In this document: one piece after another, positions 26,002 through 32,000 of the stretch
Numbering within the stretch: position 1 is the stretch's first letter
Layout: each line of letters starts with the position of its first letter
NCBI GenBank assembly: GCA_008080745.1
Contig: SHMX01000005.1
Span: 1-32,000 of the forward strand
Source of the DNA: Candidatus Thorarchaeota archaeon
Lineage (GTDB): Archaea > Asgardarchaeota > Thorarchaeia > Thorarchaeales > Thorarchaeaceae
DNA length: 32,000 bases
Reading direction: 5' to 3'
Program-made: the position numbers and the translations under genes
The notes under the pieces: generated by a model
The model's database searches: none
The model's input: only the letters and a program-made list of their open reading frames with translations
What the model was told of the DNA's origin: nothing

Positions 26002-27313
26002 GGACCTGACAGAATACCTTCTGGATCTTATTCCGAAGAGCATGCTTGAACGTGGGAGAACATCCCTTGAAGCGCGTCTCTCCCCAATTCGAGATGTGCT
26101 TAATCGTCAACACTTTCCTGATTCAGCACTTTCGGAATGGCAAATTGAACAATTACTCAATATCTTTGCTTCTATGGATTCTGATAAAGACCCTATTGCC
26201 GCACGTGTGGGTGAACGGGAGGGTCGCACAGCTTCTTCTTTGGTATCACGTCTAGCTGGAGGGTTCAATCATGGAATTGGTCGTAGTGGACACATAACTG
26301 CACCTCAACCCAAGGCAGCAGGAGCATCACTTATGCAGAGGCTGACAAACAATATCGTACTTGATGCTATCCAAAAATTAGGTCTCTCCAATATACGTGC
26401 AGGCATCGTTATGCCTCTATCAACAGGGATGAGCATAGCTCTCGCTCTGGGGATGCTACACCGTGAACAAAATGTTTCAAAAGTATTGTACACCCGGATA
26501 GACCATACCTCATCCAAACGTGGGATTGCTCTAGCAGGTCTGGATATGATTCTGGTTGATACTATGATTGTGGATGATGCTGTTAGGGTTGATATGGGTG
26601 ACCTTGAGAAGAAAATTAACAGGTCTGAGAATATCTGCGTCCTGGGAACCTCCACTTTCTTTGCTCCTCGTGAAACAGATCCAGTAAAAGAGATAGCCAA
26701 GATATGTCTCGACTTTGATGTCCCATTTATCATTAACAATGCATATGGGATTCAATCGAAATCCGTGATGGCAATGATTCGTTCAGCTATTGATGCTGGA
26801 AGGGTCGATGCAGTTATTCAAAGCACAGACAAGAATTTCCTGACTCCTGTAGGTGGATCTATTATCACATCGCCATCTGAGAATACGATTGAACTAGTTG
26901 CAGAAACCTATGCTGGTCGTGCAACGGCAGCTCCACTGATACAATTGTTAGCTGCTCTACTTTCATTAGGCCTTCACCGATACACTGAGCTCCGCTCTCA
27001 ACAACAGGAGAATCGTATTTACCTTGAAACTCTCCTGGATGATCTTGCAGATGAAGTGAATCAGAGAGTATTAGAGGTTGAGAATCCTGTATCCTGTGCT
27101 GTAACAATGGACGATATTGACGTTAGGGAGCTTGGTGCTCGATTATACAATCATCGGGTGACTGGACCTCGTGCAGTAGAAAAAGACTCCTATGGGTCTT
27201 GTGTCGATGGTTATCCACACAACTATATTGTCATGAATGCTGCAATTGGTTCTCGCAGAGAAGATATTGAGACCGCAGTTTCTAGGTTGGGCGAAGAAAT
27301 CCGTTCACTCTGA
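25994..27313 (+). CDS. spcS: O-phosphoseryl-tRNA(Sec) selenium transferase SepSecS
   Basis: VGEREGR, HGIGRSG, QPKAAG, NNAYG, QSTDKNF (PLP Lys), PVGG and YAGRA motifs; 8-nt overlap with the selB stop. Confidence 0.96.
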   Translation: MNKDLTEYLLDLIPKSMLERGRTSLEARLSPIRDVLNRQHFPDSALSEWQIEQLLNIFASMDSDKDPIAARVGEREGRTASSLVSRLAGGFNHGIGRSGHITAPQPKAAGASLMQRLTNNIVLDAIQKLGLSNIRAGIVMPLSTGMSIALALGMLHREQNVSKVLYTRIDHTSSKRGIALAGLDMILVDTMIVDDAVRVDMGDLEKKINRSENICVLGTSTFFAPRETDPVKEIAKICLDFDVPFIINNAYGIQSKSVMAMIRSAIDAGRVDAVIQSTDKNFLTPVGGSIITSPSENTIELVAETYAGRATAAPLIQLLAALLSLGLHRYTELRSQQQENRIYLETLLDDLADEVNQRVLEVENPVSCAVTMDDIDVRELGARLYNHRVTGPRAVEKDSYGSCVDGYPHNYIVMNAAIGSRREDIETAVSRLGEEIRSL

Positions 27314-27437
27314 GTATCTATTTAGCAAATCTTTTCAATCCCAAGATGTTATATATTGTAAAAATCTCCTCCGTTGCTAAACTCTTTAAAGAGTAAATTC
27401 ATCTCTATCAATGCCATACTAGGGAGGCGTAATCCTA

Positions 27438-28088
27438 ATGGAAGGAATTCAGGACAAAAAACAAGTTGACAAATCACTTAGCTATAATATTCCTGATTCT
27501 GTAGTTGTATTTAGAATCGCGTGGTTCATTGTTGCATCCAGACCTGGCGCCATTCTTAACGAGTACAGTGAGGCTGAGAGTCAGATTTTCAAAGGAAAGG
27601 CAATCTTTTCAGTGAAATATAATGACCACCCCATCAATGTGAGAGTCTGGGTTGAAGAAGCTCAGACATCGGTAGAACTCACTGCCTGGGGTGATGACGA
27701 AGCACTTCTCGAAAACTATCTTGATGAAACTGCATCTGCACTGAAGAATGCCATTGAGAAATATGCCTCTTTGGAAGAACCTAATAAAATCAAGCTCCGT
27801 AAAGCTCTTGTGGCAAAGACTTGTTGGGACCGACTTATATTCGAGATTCTAAACAAGGCACCCCAATCTGCTGTGTATATACAGGTTGCACATGGTCGCG
27901 AGATGTCTATCAAAGCTACTGAAGGCGAAGAGATGCATCCGCTTACATTAACGACCTCCGGCTGGCTATCAAAGATTGAAGACCTTCCAAGTGATGAACC
28001 ACTTCCATCGGAGATTGCTACAGAATTAGCCAAGAAGTCAGTAGAATGGAAGAAGGAAACACATGAGATAATTCGTAAGTATTTGTAA
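27438..28088 (+). CDS. Hypothetical protein within the Sec locus
   Basis: 216-aa ORF with GGAGG RBS; ends 16 bp before tRNA-Sec. Confidence 0.8.
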   Translation: MEGIQDKKQVDKSLSYNIPDSVVVFRIAWFIVASRPGAILNEYSEAESQIFKGKAIFSVKYNDHPINVRVWVEEAQTSVELTAWGDDEALLENYLDETASALKNAIEKYASLEEPNKIKLRKALVAKTCWDRLIFEILNKAPQSAVYIQVAHGREMSIKATEGEEMHPLTLTTSGWLSKIEDLPSDEPLPSEIATELAKKSVEWKKETHEIIRKYL

Positions 28089-28104
28089 ACTCGAATGTCA
28101 TCAT

Positions 28105-28195
28105 GGCCTTCTATAGGAGCGGTGGTCCGCTTCCGTGGGCTTCAAACCCATGATCGTGCAAGCGATTAGAGTTCGATTCTCTTAGGAGGCCGCCA
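28105..28195 (+). tRNA. selC: tRNA-Sec (anticodon UCA), 9/4 fold, CCA encoded
   Basis: 9-bp acceptor (28105-13/28183-91), 7-bp D stem with 4-nt loop, 6-bp anticodon stem with loop CTTCAAA (TCA at 28142-44), variable arm with GCAA loop, 4-bp T stem with TTCGATT, discriminator G plus CCA. Confidence 0.97.
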
Positions 28196-28937
28196 CTTTG
28201 TCTTCTAATAGATCTCTGAGAAGTTGTTCAGTTTCAATTAATGTTAGGTTCTGATTATTTGCTATCTCTAGAACCTGATGTCGAATATCCAATACACTTT
28301 GCATGCCCCTGTATTCTTTGTTTTCCCGAAGAAAATCCGCCATAACTTTTCTAGTAATCTGATCTCTCTTTTCAGATTCTGATATTGTTGTTTTGGCTTC
28401 TTCTTTAGAGGCATGTGAGAGCTTCGATAATTCCTCTTGCAACTCCTCTAATTCCCTTGTAACCTCGTTTCTACTCATATCTATGGTCTTTATTGGTTCA
28501 TCCCAAGAATACTTGGATCCTGGATTATCAAACCGTTTTGCTATTCTCTCTATAACGAGCTCTGGGAGCGGGGACTGTCTTTGTGCGTTCCATGTTACTG
28601 CAGTTTCAAAAGGGGTTGCTACATGAATAATGCCAAATCTGCACTGGTACTGGTTTGCCAATTCTAAAAGTTCGTGCCGCATACTGGTATAGTAGTTTGT
28701 ATCATCATGGAGTACATTTCTTCCTGCTCTGAGTAATTCTTCTGTTTTTTTCAAAGCGTTTTTTCTTACTTCATGCTCTTTCTCCGGCATGAACTCTGCA
28801 TAATACTTCTCATCTCTCCACTCGTCTGTACTTACTAATTCAAAATTGTATAGAGCCAAGTGTTTGCTGATTAAGTTTGCAAGAGTGGTCTTTCCAGAAG
28901 CAGGGATACCACAGAGAACGAGCAGAATTTTGGTCAT
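28182..28937 (-). CDS. pstK: O-phosphoseryl-tRNA(Sec) kinase PSTK
   Basis: CGIPASGKTT P-loop, DDTNYYTSMR, WNAQR and WDEP motifs of the PSTK/KTI12 family; adjacent to tRNA-Sec. Confidence 0.9.
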   Translation of the reverse strand: MTKILLVLCGIPASGKTTLANLISKHLALYNFELVSTDEWRDEKYYAEFMPEKEHEVRKNALKKTEELLRAGRNVLHDDTNYYTSMRHELLELANQYQCRFGIIHVATPFETAVTWNAQRQSPLPELVIERIAKRFDNPGSKYSWDEPIKTIDMSRNEVTRELEELQEELSKLSHASKEEAKTTISESEKRDQITRKVMADFLRENKEYRGMQSVLDIRHQVLEIANNQNLTLIETEQLLRDLLEDKVAAS

Positions 28938-28963
28938 CTTTTTTCTGCTCGTTTTGTCTATGC

Positions 28964-28971
28964 TATTTAAA
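28964..28971 (-). promoter_or_regulatory. Candidate TATA box of pstK (near-leaderless transcript)
   Basis: TTTAAATA on the minus strand, 26 nt upstream of the pstK ATG. Confidence 0.5.
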
Positions 28972-28979
28972 CTAGGTTT

Positions 28980-29975
28980 CTACGCGAATCTACCCTCTGA
29001 AGGATCCATAGTGATCTGTAGATTCTTCACAAGTTCTTTGTAACGATTTCTCACCGTTACCTCGGTGACGTTACTAGCTTGGGCTATTTCGCGTTGTGTG
29101 CGTCGGTCATCTTCGATTATGCCTGCAATGTACAATGCAGCTGCTGCAATACCTCCAGGGTCCTTGCCAACAGTGATACCCTTTTGTCTGGCATCTTCGA
29201 TGATATCGGTTGCTCTGCGAATAGTTCTTCCTTGCACACCAAGATCGGCTGATATACGTGGTATAAGATTCTTGGCTGAAGGAAGTGGAATTTTCATATC
29301 CAGATATCTGATAAGCAGTCGAACCGCCTGACCGAGTTTCTTTCTATCAATTCTGCTCTCATCAGCTAGCTCGTCCAACCTTCGTGGTATCTTATGAATT
29401 CTACAGGCCAAGTATACTGCTGCAGCCACCACACTCTCAATACTTCTACCTCTAGCTAGTTTTTTGCTTAGAGCTTTTCTGTATATCAGAGCTGATCGTT
29501 CACGGGTCTCATGAGGAATTCCTAACTGAGAACTGAGTCTCTTCAGTTCGTTTAGGGCGATTCTCAGATTCCGTTGATCCGAACTATGAGCTTGTGTTCT
29601 TATCTGCCATTTTCGCATACGGTAAATAGAGGCTCTCGTGCTTGCTTTAATTGGCCTGCCACTTGCGTCTCTATTACTCCAGCTGATTGTTGTAGAGAGT
29701 CCTTTGTCTGCTACCATTACACTCATTGGCGCTCCTGTTCTCTCACGAGATTCTCTCTCTTCAGCAGTAAAGGCACGCCACTCTGGACCAGTGTCTATAG
29801 TGCCTTCTCCGGCTACACATCCACAAGAAGTGCAGATGGTTTCTCCGCGCTTTCTATCTTCATAGAATTCCTCGCCACCGCATAGCGTGCACACAGTTTC
29901 TCTGTTGTCTTTGATTTTTCTACCGTCTATACCCATTTTAACGACCTTCGAACGAAGGATCTTCTGCCTCTCCAT
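28980..29975 (-). CDS. tfb: Transcription initiation factor B (paralog 2)
   Basis: CTLC...CTSC ribbon, GPEWRAF, two cyclin repeats, VTEVTVRNRY. Confidence 0.96.
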   Translation of the reverse strand: MERQKILRSKVVKMGIDGRKIKDNRETVCTLCGGEEFYEDRKRGETICTSCGCVAGEGTIDTGPEWRAFTAEERESRERTGAPMSVMVADKGLSTTISWSNRDASGRPIKASTRASIYRMRKWQIRTQAHSSDQRNLRIALNELKRLSSQLGIPHETRERSALIYRKALSKKLARGRSIESVVAAAVYLACRIHKIPRRLDELADESRIDRKKLGQAVRLLIRYLDMKIPLPSAKNLIPRISADLGVQGRTIRRATDIIEDARQKGITVGKDPGGIAAAALYIAGIIEDDRRTQREIAQASNVTEVTVRNRYKELVKNLQITMDPSEGRFA

Positions 29976-30178
29976 CTCGGATTATATGAATCGTCATAAT
30001 ACCATTATTTTGTGATACGGAGAGGCATATGATTCCGAGTTGCATTCACTAATTGTATTTTACACTTATAAAAGGTCGGAATCCCGTGATAAATTACTGA
30101 AAATCTGTTATCGAGTCCTGTACTATCTGTATTTGTCAGACTGGATTCTCGAAGAACATTAAAAGAAAAATGAAGGAA

Positions 30179-30202
30179 TGTGGTGGATATGTCGCCACCA
30201 CA
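30179..30202 (-). terminator. Hairpin plus T-rich tract after tfb paralog 3
   Basis: TGTGGTGG / CCACCACA 8-bp stem followed on the minus strand by TTCCTTCATTTTTCTTTT. Confidence 0.55.
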
Positions 30203-30231
30203 CAGAACCAATAGGATTGCGGGCGGTTCAA

Positions 30232-31176
30232 TTACGGTCTAATAGTGATTTGTAGGTTTGTTGCAAGGTCCTTGTACCTGTTTCGCACAGTGACCTCGGT
30301 CACATTGCTGGCTTCTGCAATCTCGCGTTGTGTGCGTCGGTCGTCCTCGATAATACCTGCAATATACAGAGCAGCTGCAGCTAGACCACCAGGATCTTTG
30401 CCAGCGGTGATTCCTTTTTCTCTGGCTTCATTGATGATGTTCATAGCTGTCTGAACTGTCTTTCCGTCCAATGCTAGGTCTGCAGAAATTCTTGGCATAA
30501 GGTCATTTGCTGATGGGATTGGGACTTTAACATCTACATAACGGAGAATAAGCCGTACACATTGGCCGAGTTCCTTGCGATTGACTCGTGCCTCTGTTAC
30601 AATCTCATCAAGTTGACGAGGTATCTTATGGATTCTACAAGAAAGATAGATTGATGCTGAAACCATCCCCTCAATGCTTCTTCCCCTGACAAGTCTCTTT
30701 GTTAGTGCTTTTCGGTATATCAGTGCGGCTGTTTCTTTGGTGTCCCGTGGAATACCTAATTGGGATGTTAGTCTATCCATCTCACTCATAGCAATACTGA
30801 GATTTCGATGTTGTGAACTGTGGACCAGCGTTCTAATCTGCCATTTTCGCATACGGTATATCTCGGCACGTTTTGTGGCTGCGATGGCTCTTCCATTAGC
30901 ATCACGGTCACTCCAACTGATAGTTGTTGCTAGTCCCTTGTCCGCCATAGTAAGGGTCATTGGTGAACCTGTCCTAGCTCTAGCATCTCTCTCTTCAGCA
31001 GTAAAGGCACGCCATTCTGGACCTGTATCCATAATTCGTTCATTCACAACACATCCGCATGATGTACAGATGTTCTCGCCTCGCGTAGTATCTTCATAGA
31101 AATCTGTTCCACCACAGATGGAGCAGACAGCTGATCTTTTTCGCCTGTCACTCAAGGCCCGGACTGGTTTCGCCAT
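30232..31176 (-). CDS. tfb: Transcription initiation factor B (paralog 3)
   Basis: CSIC...CTSC ribbon, GPEWRAF, two cyclin repeats; AGGTGA RBS. Confidence 0.96.
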   Translation of the reverse strand: MAKPVRALSDRRKRSAVCSICGGTDFYEDTTRGENICTSCGCVVNERIMDTGPEWRAFTAEERDARARTGSPMTLTMADKGLATTISWSDRDANGRAIAATKRAEIYRMRKWQIRTLVHSSQHRNLSIAMSEMDRLTSQLGIPRDTKETAALIYRKALTKRLVRGRSIEGMVSASIYLSCRIHKIPRQLDEIVTEARVNRKELGQCVRLILRYVDVKVPIPSANDLMPRISADLALDGKTVQTAMNIINEAREKGITAGKDPGGLAAAALYIAGIIEDDRRTQREIAEASNVTEVTVRNRYKDLATNLQITIRP

Positions 31177-31365
31177 TTTGAATCACCTGATTGAATTCTC
31201 TCTAAAATCTGGTCTTCTGTCGGAATCCAATAAGCAGCAATTGTAGAGAGAACGCTTTTCCGATTTGCCTCATTTTCAGTATTTAAGTGTAAGCATCTAT
31301 GAACGAATGTTCTAATCGTTTAAAAAAATCTACTTTGTATCAATTAGATAACTGAAAAAATAGTG

Positions 31366-31391
31366 GGGGGAATAATGGTGTTCCTTCCCCC
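31366..31391 (-). terminator. Hairpin plus T-run after the last ORF
   Basis: GGGGGAA / TTCCCCC stem followed on the minus strand by CACTATTTTTT. Confidence 0.5.
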
Positions 31392-31401
31392 TTCCAGGTT
31401 A

Positions 31402-31974
31402 CTATTCGAGACAACTCATCTCACGAATTACTGCATCGGGAATAATGTGGATATTTTCAAAAATAGTATCTCCACTTTCAATCTCTGTCTTTGCAAGAGC
31501 AATTTTTACCAGACCATCTTTTCTACCTAGATAGTATCCGGCCAGATATTGGATTGGTATATGTTTCTCAATAGCTTCTTCTTTGGTCATGGGACAACAT
31601 TCGACTCCCGGACTCTCATAGCTCACTTCTACTATCTCGTGACCATCACAAAAATCCAGACGGGAAAGGTGTTTCGTCCTTCCGTCAATTCTGTCCTTCC
31701 CACTTATACTATGAACAGCACTTGCATCATAATGGAATGGATCTCCTCTCTGCTTGTGAATGCTACTCACTAGATATACCGTTTTGTCCTCCATTGACTC
31801 CACTTTGTTACTTCCATCATCAACGAATTTTTTGTCTGTACTCTCGCCAACTACATAACGAATATGATAGTGTTTTGCATCTACCAGCTTTTTACTATCT
31901 CCTTCTTTCACAGTTATCATGGTATTATCCCACAATTCTATTGGTTCGAAAGGATTGTTTTCTAATTCACTCAT
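31402..31974 (-). CDS. Hypothetical protein (beta-rich)
   Basis: Long ORF; AGGTG RBS favours ATG 31974 over GTG 31983. Confidence 0.7.
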   Translation of the reverse strand: MSELENNPFEPIELWDNTMITVKEGDSKKLVDAKHYHIRYVVGESTDKKFVDDGSNKVESMEDKTVYLVSSIHKQRGDPFHYDASAVHSISGKDRIDGRTKHLSRLDFCDGHEIVEVSYESPGVECCPMTKEEAIEKHIPIQYLAGYYLGRKDGLVKIALAKTEIESGDTIFENIHIIPDAVIREMSCLE

Positions 31975-32000
31975 CACTGACACCTGATTGTTTTAACTAT

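Noticed and set aside
27381-27394. 14-bp perfect palindrome ACTCTTTAAAGAGT as an operator
   Set aside because: A few such palindromes are expected by chance in 32 kb; it is simply centred on a probable TATA box.
30234-30243. Self-target of the putative TnpB guide (ACGGTCTAAT match at the tfb3 3' end)
   Set aside because: Only 9 guide nucleotides match, which is unremarkable by chance in 64 kb of both strands, and the guide boundary itself is uncertain.
217-31773. Numerous antisense or overlapping ORFs in the six-frame track (e.g. 383-646, 1633-2094, 4916-5398, 7467-8054, 9808-10419, 12960-13343, 26305-26739, 30674-31099)
   Set aside because: They are shadows of well-supported genes on the opposite strand or frame, with no motifs and biased Ser/Ile/Phe composition.
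1-32000. SECIS elements or UGA-readthrough selenoproteins
   Set aside because: TGA-terminated ORFs end at natural family C-termini or show no convincing downstream continuation. No AUGA/GA-core SECIS could be supported by eye; a SECISearch run would be needed.

Overview
Archaeal chromosomal window, most likely from an Asgard archaeon (Thorarchaeia-like). The taxonomy is inferred from gene content: a Roadblock/LC7 protein, a CdvA-like protein, several TFB paralogs, a group II GGGP synthase and archaeal/eukaryote-type selenocysteine machinery. It opens with the 3' part of a GC-rich IS200/IS605-type tnpB gene. A run of mostly unlinked housekeeping and redox genes follows: ferredoxin, DUF211, hypD, mobA, a Cys-type hdrA, an ICMT-like methyltransferase, GGGPS, roadblock, map, tfb, sui1/aIF1, a radical SAM enzyme, rpoP, a Get3/ArsA ATPase, uppP, DUF47, endA, a CdvA-like protein, an AIR-synthase-like protein, modE and a NapH-like Fe-S membrane protein. 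The right end carries a compact Sec biosynthesis/decoding locus (selB-spcS-unknown ORF-tRNA-Sec, convergent with and overlapping pstK), then two more tandem tfb genes. Main observations: (1) aIF1/SUI1 appears to start at a non-AUG (CUG) codon, suggesting start-codon-fidelity autoregulation. (2) An orphan protein resembles a single TFB/cyclin fold. (3) pstK overlaps the tRNA-Sec gene antisense, including its CCA end. (4) An unknown ORF is embedded in the Sec locus. (5) A radical SAM enzyme has its CxxxCxxC motif split by a 40-aa Cys-rich insert. All product calls come from motif recognition by eye; no database searches were run.
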